IMG/VR virus record: IMGVR_UViG_3300045988_150584
Direction: 5' to 3' (one strand)
DNA length: 64,000 bases
Source of the DNA: a virus
The position numbers and the translations under genes are program-made. Positions 26,238 through 34,654 of the stretch are shown here, piece by piece. The notes beneath the pieces are model-generated. The model did not search any database. It was not told the DNA's origin and saw only the letters and a program-made list of their open reading frames with translations. How positions within the stretch are numbered: the first letter of the stretch is position 1; the number at the start of each line of letters is the position of its first letter.

Positions 26238-28325
26238 TTAGACGCGGAAAGCGGGGGCGAGGCCATAGGAAAACCAGGCGTCGGTGAAGCCCGCGTCGCC
26301 GTTCGAGTACACACTGCAGAAGTAGAGGCCGCTGCTGTAGTACGGAGAACGCTCCCACCAATTCGCAGTGGAAGAAGTAGAGTTATGGCGATACTTGATC
26401 TTAGAATTACCAGCCTTATAGTAATCGTACTGTTTCTGATAATTCTTTTCTGCACTATTTGCATAAGAGCGAGAGCCAAAGATCTCAAACTCCGCCAACA
26501 AAGGCAGATAATCTACAGACTTTGTAACATACGAAGCAGTATCAGAACCGCCAGCAGTATTGTCCGTATAAATCGTCATCGGTTTCATAACCGCACGAAG
26601 CGCGGATGGCAATGCAGCCATTAGCGTATTTGCAACAGGGCTTGTAGCACAAGTAGATGTTGCATCATTACCCTTACGACCAGAAGAAACCGCGCTACCA
26701 TATCCGCTTGGAGCAACATTTGTACTGCCAAGAACATCATAACGTAGGTCGCATCCAGCCCATCCACCATAGTTATAGTTACCCCAATGGTTCATGTTGA
26801 AATACTTTGAACCATTCGTCGAATAACTATTGTAGTTGCCATCGGTAAGACACAAATCACTTCCGCCAGAAGCCGCAGACTTGAATCCACCAAAGTCAAT
26901 GGTGTTCGATGCGCCATTGTGAGCAAATCCAAGAATATATACATAGTAAGTAGCATTCACTGCCAATGTACCGACTGTACCATTGACTAAAACGCCCTTA
27001 CGATCACCGACGTCGAAATAGTCATCACCTTTACCAGCAGCGGAAATCTGAGCAATTTGTTCCCATGTGTATGTGTCAAGCGCATTACCCATTGGGGGCA
27101 TAAACGACGCGATAACATCAACTGTCTTGTTAGAAGGGGCTGTATAGTTCGTACCAGCACCGCAAGAAACAGTGATTGTAGTGTTACCTGTGGTCTGATT
27201 GACATGAGAAACCGTAGCGGTATTTCCGCTTAGACTAACGGTCGCAATAGATGTATTGTTAGATTTAACCGACAATGTTCCATCGTGATTACCGCCAATC
27301 GTGAATGTGGTAGTCAGATTATCTTTATCCACTGTAACGCTTGTCTTGCTTACAGTCAGCGTACCAGTTGCCTTACCGATCTTCCACGAAACAGTCTTTG
27401 CTGTAGTCGTACCGTCAGACCAGCAATAATCCGACTTTGGCGTAAATGTGGCATTGTATGTGCCGGCATTTGTTCCGGATGTCGTTCCGCCAATCGTCAT
27501 CTTGGATGTGTCATAGTTACTCCAAGACGGAGACTGAGAGTTTTTATTATATGTCAGCGTACCACTCTGGCTTGGAACAGTCGAAATCGTCAAACGATTT
27601 GGAACTCCGGTTATTCTATTACTTGTGTTTACATTAACTGCACCATCCGTAGAGATGGGGAAGAATGAAATGTAATAGGTTGTTCCGTTAGTTAGGCCGG
27701 TAACAGTAAGTGCAGAATTCGCATACTGATTGCGAGTGGTCACATTTAAGCTATAAGCCGCAGCGCTATCATCTGGAGAAGTTGCATAGCTTCCAGCCTT
27801 AACGACAATCTTTGTGCTTGCCCATGTCGCAAGTGTCACGCCGTCCGAAACTACGGTCGCGGCTGGATCAGTCCACTTGATTGCAAGCTTTCCATTACCA
27901 GCAGCAACAGCGCTTGCGCCAGAAATATTACCAACATTTACAGCAGCAGGAGTAACATTGAATTCGTCATCCGTACTGTCCGTATATGTACCAGTGGTAG
28001 TGTATGGGAACAGCTTATAGTAATACTTCACGCCGTTAGTCAATCCACTATCACAGAAATAGGCAGATTTATATTGATCTCGCGTCTTGCTGTCGAGAAC
28101 GATTGTGCCATCTCTACGACTTGTCGGAGCAGAACCAGCCTTACGAACAAGGAGTGTTCCTCCCCATGCGGCAAGAGTAGAGCCAGCAACGACCATATCA
28201 TCAGGATCAGTCCATTTTACATAGACCTTCCCAGCCGCCGCGAGCGTTGTAATTCCCGTAACAGCGGCAAGGGCAAGTCCGCCGCCAGATCCGCCGCCAG
28301 TTGGGAAATTAGAAATAATAGGCAT
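26238..28325 (-). CDS. DGR target protein: tail-fibre/adhesin-like with two FN3-like repeats, Ig-like repeats and a C-terminal variable lectin-like domain
   Basis: GGAGG RBS. Repeated module GK..(V/I)KWTDP...GLTNG..YY..FP. The C-terminus ANWWERSPYY + VR resembles CLec/FGE-type DGR targets. Confidence 0.85.
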   Translation of the reverse strand: MPIISNFPTGGGSGGGLALAAVTGITTLAAAGKVYVKWTDPDDMVVAGSTLAAWGGTLLVRKAGSAPTSRRDGTIVLDSKTRDQYKSAYFCDSGLTNGVKYYYKLFPYTTTGTYTDSTDDEFNVTPAAVNVGNISGASAVAAGNGKLAIKWTDPAATVVSDGVTLATWASTKIVVKAGSYATSPDDSAAAYSLNVTTRNQYANSALTVTGLTNGTTYYISFFPISTDGAVNVNTSNRITGVPNRLTISTVPSQSGTLTYNKNSQSPSWSNYDTSKMTIGGTTSGTNAGTYNATFTPKSDYCWSDGTTTAKTVSWKIGKATGTLTVSKTSVTVDKDNLTTTFTIGGNHDGTLSVKSNNTSIATVSLSGNTATVSHVNQTTGNTTITVSCGAGTNYTAPSNKTVDVIASFMPPMGNALDTYTWEQIAQISAAGKGDDYFDVGDRKGVLVNGTVGTLAVNATYYVYILGFAHNGASNTIDFGGFKSAASGGSDLCLTDGNYNSYSTNGSKYFNMNHWGNYNYGGWAGCDLRYDVLGSTNVAPSGYGSAVSSGRKGNDATSTCATSPVANTLMAALPSALRAVMKPMTIYTDNTAGGSDTASYVTKSVDYLPLLAEFEIFGSRSYANSAEKNYQKQYDYYKAGNSKIKYRHNSTSSTANWWERSPYYSSGLYFCSVYSNGDAGFTDAWFSYGLAPAFRV
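26247..26372 (-). repeat. DGR variable repeat (VR)
   Basis: Covers 42 codons ending 2 codons before the stop. It differs from TR at 21 hand-counted positions, all at TR adenines. Confidence 0.9.
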
Positions 28326-28338
28326 ATTGATTCCTCCA

Positions 28339-28743
28339 TTAACCTAAGAGAATAATTACAACGGGAATGTCTTGTTCTGGCAGTTCACCATCAGCTACGA
28401 TTTGTAGCTTTCCGTTTTCCTGACCGGTGATGGAGAGCAACGCTTCTCGCGCAATTTCCCGTTGCTCGGCAGTCGCACTATGCGCCACCGAAATAGTTCC
28501 GTTTTGCGCAGCACCAAGCCCCTCAATAGAGAGTTCTTGTGTGAAAGGAGCATCTACGCCTACCCATGCGGAAACCAGCAATGTTGCCGTAGCTGAAGTG
28601 CTTTTGTCTGCTTTCTCGCCAAGAGCGGTGTCAATTTTCACCATATTGGATTGCCCAGAACCATTCATTTTCTGTCTCCATGTTTTGAACTTAGCAGACG
28701 CATCATCTTCCAAATAAAGCCCGTAGTTAGTTGTTTCGCTCAT
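28339..28743 (-). CDS. Tail-fibre-cluster protein sharing a C-terminal module with 28762-29304
   Basis: Shared module W.G....Q.LSI.GLGA.QNG.IS...ADG..P..DIP.VIILL. Confidence 0.6.
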   Translation of the reverse strand: MSETTNYGLYLEDDASAKFKTWRQKMNGSGQSNMVKIDTALGEKADKSTSATATLLVSAWVGVDAPFTQELSIEGLGAAQNGTISVAHSATAEQREIAREALLSITGQENGKLQIVADGELPEQDIPVVIILLG

Positions 28744-28761
28744 CCGTCAACACCGCCTTTC

Positions 28762-29304
28762 TTAACTCAGCAAAATAATGACGGTTGGAATATCGCAGGT
28801 GGGTACAGTGCCATCCGCAGCGATTGTGATAGTTCCATCGGCCTGAGCGCAGACATAAAGCTCTCCATTCTTTACTGCCTCCATCGCTTGTGCTGAAATG
28901 TCTTGTGTAATGCTGATAATTCCATTCTGATTTGCACCTAATCCATTGATCGAAATACTCTGTTTGCCGTTCGCCCATCCATCTGCGGCCAGAGTTGCAT
29001 AAACAGCGTCGCTTGCGCCGCTTCCAGATGTGAGGTCAACCCACGCATCATTCAAATAGCGCCAGAAGTGAGCCGTATCTTTTACAAAGTAAAATTTGTC
29101 CAATGGAGCAAGAATTGCTGTTCTTTCCGCGTCCGTCTCCAAATCAATAATGTCAGTAAGATGCTTACGAACATTATCTTTGGTGTCATAGTAGACATCG
29201 GAAGTATCAGTGCAGATCAGATACCGTCCAGGTGTAATCGGAATCAAGGCAGTATTTTCAGACTTGCTTTTTACCGTTTCAAAAACCCGAAAATTGTATC
29301 CCAC
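28762..29304 (-). CDS. Tail-fibre-cluster protein (YLxCTDT N-motif plus the shared C-terminal module)
   Basis: The GTG at 29304 is 7 nt after AAGGAGG, whereas the ORF-track start 29310 is too close to the RBS. Confidence 0.6.
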   Translation of the reverse strand: MGYNFRVFETVKSKSENTALIPITPGRYLICTDTSDVYYDTKDNVRKHLTDIIDLETDAERTAILAPLDKFYFVKDTAHFWRYLNDAWVDLTSGSGASDAVYATLAADGWANGKQSISINGLGANQNGIISITQDISAQAMEAVKNGELYVCAQADGTITIAADGTVPTCDIPTVIILLS

Positions 29305-29333
29305 TTGCACACCTCCTTAAATTGATAAAGAAA

Positions 29334-29357
29334 GCGGACGGGCTTTTGCCCGTCCGC
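29334..29357 (-). terminator. Rho-independent terminator after 29403-30659
   Basis: gcggacgggc-tttt-gcccgtccgc. On the - strand it is followed by TTTCTTTATC. Confidence 0.65.
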
Positions 29358-29402
29358 CGTTTTCGGATATATCATTGATTGAATCGAATGAAAAATCCTC
29401 GA

Positions 29403-30659
29403 TTAAAAAGTACCGACAGTGACAGCTTCCTCAACAGCCTTGACACGAGTATCCATGTCGCTGTTCAAGCCGTTTGCATAGCCCTTAGCATCAGCAAGAG
29501 CCTTCTTAACAGAACCCTCGGTCTTCTCGTCGCCCTGCAAAGTAGTAAGCTTACCCTCAGCAGCAGTCATACGACCGTCCATAGCGGTGTTCAGTTCATC
29601 CGCATAGTCCTTTGCGTTCTGCTCTGCGGCATCCCACTTTGCTTTGTCGCCAACTGCAATCTTGTCAAGCTCTGCCTTGTTAGCATGAGTGTGAATCTTA
29701 TTGATCTCGGTCTGCAGCTCAGCAGTCAGCTTAGCCTTGGTAATAGTACCATCAGTGATAGTAGCAGTTACCTTATGAGTGGACTCATCAATGTCGATAA
29801 CGACCATATCGCCAGCTGCAGAACCAGAGGTGACATACTCAATCAGAGAATCAACAGGGATGTAGATCTCGCTGTTCTCAGCATTGGCAAGCACCAGCTT
29901 CAGATAAGTACCATTAGCCTGACCTTCCGGATTGGTGACAACAGTACCGCTCTGAACAACCATATCCTTAGGAATATTGATTGCAGCGCCGACATTTGCA
30001 CCATTCTTAGTCAGATGATAGGTTGCAGCAAAACCTTCAGCAGCAGACTCATCCTTAACGACAGTATAGGTGTCTGCATTTGGGATAATGACCTTCAGAC
30101 CTTCTTGACCTTCGGTCTCGTCAAGCTCCAAAGCATTGCCAGCAGCGGGAGAAAGCTTCACCTTAACAGTAGGCTTAGTGGCAGTACCGCCGATGTCAAC
30201 ACTGTTGTCGCCAGCACCAACAGAATCAACCTTACCGTTGATCTTGTTTTTTAGAGTCTCTTCAAGCTCGTTCTCAGACACATTGTCCTTGTGCGCCAGC
30301 TCACCAAGTTCGCTACCAGTAATACCAGCAACATAATCCTTGACTGCCTTTGCAGTAGGCACTTCGCTGTCACTTGCAGAAGCACCGATAGTTGTAGCAA
30401 CGGTCTTTGTTACAATAGCGGTGAAAACAGACTTCCATGTAGTACCATTCCACACATCACCAGCGCCAGAAACAGTGTCAATGTACAACACACCCTGGGC
30501 AGGAGCGGTAGGCTTAGTACCATCGTAGAAGCGCACAGCCTCAGTGTAAAGATTTGCGCCGAAGAACAGCTCACGGGTATCCGTGCAGAGATAGAAGCTG
30601 TTTGCATTACGCTCCGCAGGCAAGTTAGCTTTCAAGCCCTTATAAATTAGATTTGCCAT
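29403..30659 (-). CDS. Tail fibre protein (paralogue A)
   Basis: N-terminus MANLIYKGLKANLP..FYLCTDTRELFFGANLYTEAVRFY..KP..PAQGVLY is shared with 31048-32145. The remainder is Ala/Thr/Gly-rich. Confidence 0.7.
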   Translation of the reverse strand: MANLIYKGLKANLPAERNANSFYLCTDTRELFFGANLYTEAVRFYDGTKPTAPAQGVLYIDTVSGAGDVWNGTTWKSVFTAIVTKTVATTIGASASDSEVPTAKAVKDYVAGITGSELGELAHKDNVSENELEETLKNKINGKVDSVGAGDNSVDIGGTATKPTVKVKLSPAAGNALELDETEGQEGLKVIIPNADTYTVVKDESAAEGFAATYHLTKNGANVGAAINIPKDMVVQSGTVVTNPEGQANGTYLKLVLANAENSEIYIPVDSLIEYVTSGSAAGDMVVIDIDESTHKVTATITDGTITKAKLTAELQTEINKIHTHANKAELDKIAVGDKAKWDAAEQNAKDYADELNTAMDGRMTAAEGKLTTLQGDEKTEGSVKKALADAKGYANGLNSDMDTRVKAVEEAVTVGTF

Positions 30660-30720
30660 AGTTTCTTCATCCTTTCTTGCCGTTGATACGGCTTATAAAA
30701 TAGTGATAAATATAGATTAA

Positions 30721-30740
30721 GCGAGGGCTATTGCCCTCGC
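30721..30740 (-). terminator. Hairpin gcgagggc-tatt-gccctcgc after 30758-31030
   Basis: 8-bp GC stem with a weak T-tract. Confidence 0.45.
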
Positions 30741-30757
30741 CAAATCAAGCAAATAGG

Positions 30758-31030
30758 TTAAAACTCTCCGACAAGATCCTCGGCAGAAATACCATCGACT
30801 TTCGTAAGAGTCTTATCCGGTTGGATACGATATCCAGCAGACACACCGTTCTCAACGACAAATAGTTGCATACCATAATGATATACACCATCAGAGCTGC
30901 CGACAGGAACAGCAGTTGCAGCAGCGGCCTGCGCCGTTTCAAGGCTTTCAAAATATGTACGTCCGTCCAAAGGGAAAGCAGTCTGAGGAACGAATGCAAC
31001 CGCGAAATTTAGCTTACCAAAATCAGCCAT
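30758..31030 (-). CDS. Small tail-fibre-associated protein
   Basis: GGAAGGAG RBS. 90 aa. Confidence 0.55.
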   Translation of the reverse strand: MADFGKLNFAVAFVPQTAFPLDGRTYFESLETAQAAAATAVPVGSSDGVYHYGMQLFVVENGVSAGYRIQPDKTLTKVDGISAEDLVGEF

Positions 31031-31047
31031 TACAATTCACTCCTTCC

Positions 31048-32145
31048 TCAAATTGTGACCTTATAAGTGTTTGCGGTATCGTTGGCATTAGCCATATCCA
31101 TCACATACACCTTATAATCAATACCGTCATATCCGTTAGCACCCTCAACAGAAACAACGGACTGTGTAAACGCAGTTTTAACCTCTGCGTTCATTCCGTT
31201 GACGTCCTGAACAGAGTTGACATCACGCAGCGAAGCGGGATATGCAAACACGACACGGATATCTCCAACGGGAATAGAGATGGTAAAACTGTTTCCAGCA
31301 GCAAGTGCCTTATTACTCTTTCCGGACAAAGCGCGGACAAGCGCAGAGTTTACCACACCATCTTTAGCAGTCAAAGAACCGTAGAAACTGTTACGATAGC
31401 CAGAAATCTTGCTCTTCGTAGCCGTCTTCTTACCTGCCTTGATCTGCCCAGCAGCATAATCCTTTTCCAATGCAGTCTTCGGCATAGCACCGTCTGCATA
31501 AGTCGCCTCGGCAGTGATGGAATATGCTGTGTCATCGCCAACGGTAATCTCATCGAATGTTCCACTTGCAGTTGTTTTCTCACCGCCATCTGTATTTGTC
31601 ACTTTCCATGCGGAAGCAACGATGCCAGTTGCCGGCCCGAATTCATAAGAACCAGCATTTAGCACAGCAGAGTAATCTGGAGATACCTTTGTACCAGCTT
31701 CATATGCCTTGATCTTAGCCGCAGTTAATGTAACACTCGGCTGAGTTACAGTCGGGTTTTGATCTTCTGCGAAAGCGTCATTCAAAAGCTCTGTCAAAGT
31801 CTTATCTTTTGCTGGAACTGTGACCTTGCCTCCGACCGGTGTATACTTACCAAACTGATATGTAAACACCAGATCTTCTGTGAACACAATATCGTCTGTT
31901 GACGATCCACCGAATAACTGTACCCATGCACTACCAGTCCAAATCTCACCAACCTTGGTGTCCGTATTAACATACAGAACGCCAGTGGCAGGAGTTGCCG
32001 GTTTTTCACCAGTGTATGTACGAACTGCCTCGGTAAAGAGATCTGCACCAAAGTAAATCTCTCTTGTGTCCGTACAAAGATAAAACGCATTTTCACGGAC
32101 TTCTGGCAAATTTGCTTTCAAGCCCGTATACACAAAATGAGCCAT
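31048..32145 (-). CDS. Tail fibre protein (paralogue B)
   Basis: N-terminus MAHFVYTGLKANLP..FYLCTDTREIYFGADLFTEAVRTY..KP..PATGVLY. Confidence 0.7.
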   Translation of the reverse strand: MAHFVYTGLKANLPEVRENAFYLCTDTREIYFGADLFTEAVRTYTGEKPATPATGVLYVNTDTKVGEIWTGSAWVQLFGGSSTDDIVFTEDLVFTYQFGKYTPVGGKVTVPAKDKTLTELLNDAFAEDQNPTVTQPSVTLTAAKIKAYEAGTKVSPDYSAVLNAGSYEFGPATGIVASAWKVTNTDGGEKTTASGTFDEITVGDDTAYSITAEATYADGAMPKTALEKDYAAGQIKAGKKTATKSKISGYRNSFYGSLTAKDGVVNSALVRALSGKSNKALAAGNSFTISIPVGDIRVVFAYPASLRDVNSVQDVNGMNAEVKTAFTQSVVSVEGANGYDGIDYKVYVMDMANANDTANTYKVTI

Positions 32146-32219
32146 TATCTTGTTCTCCTTTCTTGTTATTTAGCTTACAGAATATTTACAAAAAGATAGC
32201 GCTACTCTTTCTGCACAAA

Positions 32220-32588
32220 TTAAAAACTGCCAATCATATCTGCAATGACCGCAGAAGATGTGGCAACACTGTCTTCAACAATATCATCCTTACCACCGTC
32301 AGATGGAACGCCGTATGTCTTAATCAGTCCGGCGCTGATCCATGTGAGTTTGACATTATCTCCGTCATTTTTAACATAGAAAAGATCATCTTTTAATGTC
32401 TCGCGCTCATCATCATCTGGGGTAATCTTCCATGTTCCGTCGATATTGTAAACGCCAGTAGATAAGCTTGAAATAACAATACCAGAGCCGCTGATGTTTG
32501 TTACCGGCTTGTTGGAAAGCTTGTCGTAGTTAGAAACTCCGCCTGTTCCGCCGCCAGAACCTCCACTCCAAAAAGGAATATCACTCAT
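32220..32588 (-). CDS. Tail-fibre-like small protein with Gly-rich N-terminus and YDKLSNKP motif
   Basis: AGGAGG RBS. The N-terminus IPFWSGGSGGGTGG resembles that of the DGR target (SNFPTGGGSGGG). Confidence 0.55.
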   Translation of the reverse strand: MSDIPFWSGGSGGGTGGVSNYDKLSNKPVTNISGSGIVISSLSTGVYNIDGTWKITPDDDERETLKDDLFYVKNDGDNVKLTWISAGLIKTYGVPSDGGKDDIVEDSVATSSAVIADMIGSF

Positions 32589-32604
32589 AGCAACCTCCTG
32601 TTTG

Positions 32605-32898
32605 TTAATACATGTAATAGATGTTGACAGCTACAGCCTGTTTGAAAACAAGACTTGTAATGTCAATTTGCCCATACCCTAATTCAAAAACACCAGACAC
32701 AATCGGGATATCACATCCATTGATAGATACCTCTGTGCCTGGATCGCATTGAATGCCAATTTTCTTAATAATCATTCGTTCAGCGAATGCTAAAACACTA
32801 TTCTGATGTAATTCAATTTCGTTTTTTCTGAATACATCGACCATGTTTGCATTCGCTGTTGTAGTTCCATTAAAACTACCAAGCGTACCCTTAGACAT
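32605..32898 (-). CDS. Hypothetical structural protein
   Basis: RBS AGGAAGG. 97 aa. Confidence 0.55.
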   Translation of the reverse strand: MSKGTLGSFNGTTTANANMVDVFRKNEIELHQNSVLAFAERMIIKKIGIQCDPGTEVSINGCDIPIVSGVFELGYGQIDITSLVFKQAVAVNIYYMY

Positions 32899-32921
32899 AT
32901 ATAAACACCTTCCTAATCGTT

Positions 32922-33842
32922 TTAAGCCAGCTCAACATAATCAAGCTCGTCAAGTGATACAGAATCTATGCTGCTAAGAGTAGACGAATCGAGGTCAGAC
33001 AGCAAACGATATCGCTTTAGGCCGGCAGTAACATTTGGTGTCAAATGAAGCTCTGCAAATTCCGCCTTAATAAACGCTTCGAGAGATTCGTTGACTGCAG
33101 CAATTAGTGACATAAATCCATCCGCAGAAAGATACTTTGTCGATTTCACACCGTTGTTTACAGCAGTCAAATAAAATGTCTGATTTGCATTGCCAAGCGT
33201 GTACCACATTTCAAAATCCATCAAACAAAGCAGATTCATAACAGCTTCTCCTTGCACAGCAAGCAGGTAGTACAAATCAAAGCGGTCTGTGTTTAATTGC
33301 ATCTCTGCGCCAACACCAGCAAATGTTTCTTTCTTTGTATCGGCACTGGACAAAAGCTCGATATCATTCTGCATCTTATCAAAAGCAGTTTTTAATGTAT
33401 TAGCGGTTGATGTGTGAAAGATTAAATCACTACGCCCGCTTCCAATTGACTTCGCAAGATCGTATTGCAATGCAGATGTTGTAAGTCTCGTTAGATTTTG
33501 AAAAACCTCGTATGTTTCTTCGCCAATCTCAAATGGACTCGTTGCAAAAACAAGGTCGGATTGACCAGAGATCGGCTTACCAGCAGCCAATTCAACATCC
33601 AAGTCAATCTCAACCTTGCTCTGAAATGTATTAAATACACGCTCTAACAATTCGTCAATCTCAGTTCTAAGATTAGCGTCACTCTCTCCGATGATAAATC
33701 TTTGTAGGCACAAATAATTAACCATCGCATCCAGATACATTTTGTTATACATGATTAGGCCGTCTCGATACGGAAGATTTTTGATAATAACATCAAACTC
33801 CGTCAGCCGCTTGCGAAGATAGATATTATATTCTTGTGCCAT
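32922..33842 (-). CDS. Hypothetical baseplate/tail protein
   Basis: 306-aa ORF in the tail module. Confidence 0.6.
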   Translation of the reverse strand: MAQEYNIYLRKRLTEFDVIIKNLPYRDGLIMYNKMYLDAMVNYLCLQRFIIGESDANLRTEIDELLERVFNTFQSKVEIDLDVELAAGKPISGQSDLVFATSPFEIGEETYEVFQNLTRLTTSALQYDLAKSIGSGRSDLIFHTSTANTLKTAFDKMQNDIELLSSADTKKETFAGVGAEMQLNTDRFDLYYLLAVQGEAVMNLLCLMDFEMWYTLGNANQTFYLTAVNNGVKSTKYLSADGFMSLIAAVNESLEAFIKAEFAELHLTPNVTAGLKRYRLLSDLDSSTLSSIDSVSLDELDYVELA

Positions 33843-33870
33843 AACTCACCGCCAAATTGTTTAGCTAATT

Positions 33871-34272
33871 TTATGTAGGATTGCTCAATGTCAAAGTCAG
33901 GCTACCAGCCTTGATGGTAACGATGGTCGCAGTTTCAACATTACGAGCAGAAGACAGCTCATCAAACATGAGCAGATTTCCGCCAGTCAAAGCGTCGTAA
34001 ATAACGAAATGCGTCATTGTACCCCAGTTCGCAGTTGACTCATCAAACGAAACCGCAGCAGTATTCTTAATTACACCAGCAGTCGGCTCGCTCAGAACAG
34101 TTAGCTTGACACGCTTATAACCAGCGCTTGAAGCCGGTTCAGATACGCCAGATCCATCTACACCAGGTTCAGTCGCGCTTAAACCAATGTAATAATCGCC
34201 TGGAAGCGCCGGATTCTCCTTTGTGTGAAATAGATTACCCATCACCTGATTCAAGAAATATGTAGTAGTCAT
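33871..34272 (-). CDS. Hypothetical tail protein
   Basis: AAGGAGG RBS. Confidence 0.6.
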   Translation of the reverse strand: MTTTYFLNQVMGNLFHTKENPALPGDYYIGLSATEPGVDGSGVSEPASSAGYKRVKLTVLSEPTAGVIKNTAAVSFDESTANWGTMTHFVIYDALTGGNLLMFDELSSARNVETATIVTIKAGSLTLTLSNPT

Positions 34273-34284
34273 CGCAAATCCTCC

Positions 34285-34653
34285 TTATTTGATGATTGCC
34301 TTATCAATATTGTTTGTAATACCTAAAATGCCTTGGCTTGGAATCTCAGTTTCTCCGGACATATCCTGAATGGTGATCTGATAGATATACTTGCCATATA
34401 GGTTCACGGTCTCTTGTGGGAGAAGCGTAACCGTCAGAATATTTTCAACGCCATCATCATTTGCAACAATGGACATGGGCTTTGATAACACCGGAGTACC
34501 TGTACGATTTACTGAATACACCACTGAAAATGTAGCCGTAGCGCCTGATGCGCTGAACGGCTTTCGTGTATCAGTGAATAGGCAAAATCGTAAATCGTGT
34601 GTTTCCCCGCCAACAAAAAGGATTTCAGGTAGGTCATAAACTTTTGATTGCAT
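34285..34653 (-). CDS. Hypothetical tail protein
   Basis: ATG at 34653 is 5 nt after GGAGG. The ORF-track TTG at 34668 lies upstream of that RBS and is probably not the start. Confidence 0.55.
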   Translation of the reverse strand: MQSKVYDLPEILFVGGETHDLRFCLFTDTRKPFSASGATATFSVVYSVNRTGTPVLSKPMSIVANDDGVENILTVTLLPQETVNLYGKYIYQITIQDMSGETEIPSQGILGITNNIDKAIIK

Positions 34654-34654
34654 A

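Larger units (their letters stand above)
24070..28325 (-). mobile_element. Diversity-generating retroelement cassette: target gene with VR - avd - TR - reverse transcriptase
   Basis: Canonical gene order. The 126-bp VR/TR pair differs only at template adenines. The RT carries DGR hallmarks. Confidence 0.9.

Noticed and set aside
29379-31662. Long + strand ORFs (29379-30254, 291 aa; 30916-31662, 248 aa) antisense to the tail-fibre genes
   Set aside because: They are shadow ORFs of the Ala/Thr/Gly-rich fibre genes on the - strand. Their composition is low-complexity (Ser/Leu/Cys-rich), they have no RBS, and they are fully nested in better-supported genes. The same reasoning applies to 21469-21975, 26097-26624, 35728-36279, 40861-41286, 42941-43372, 45022-45510, 51426-51989 and 54280-54822.
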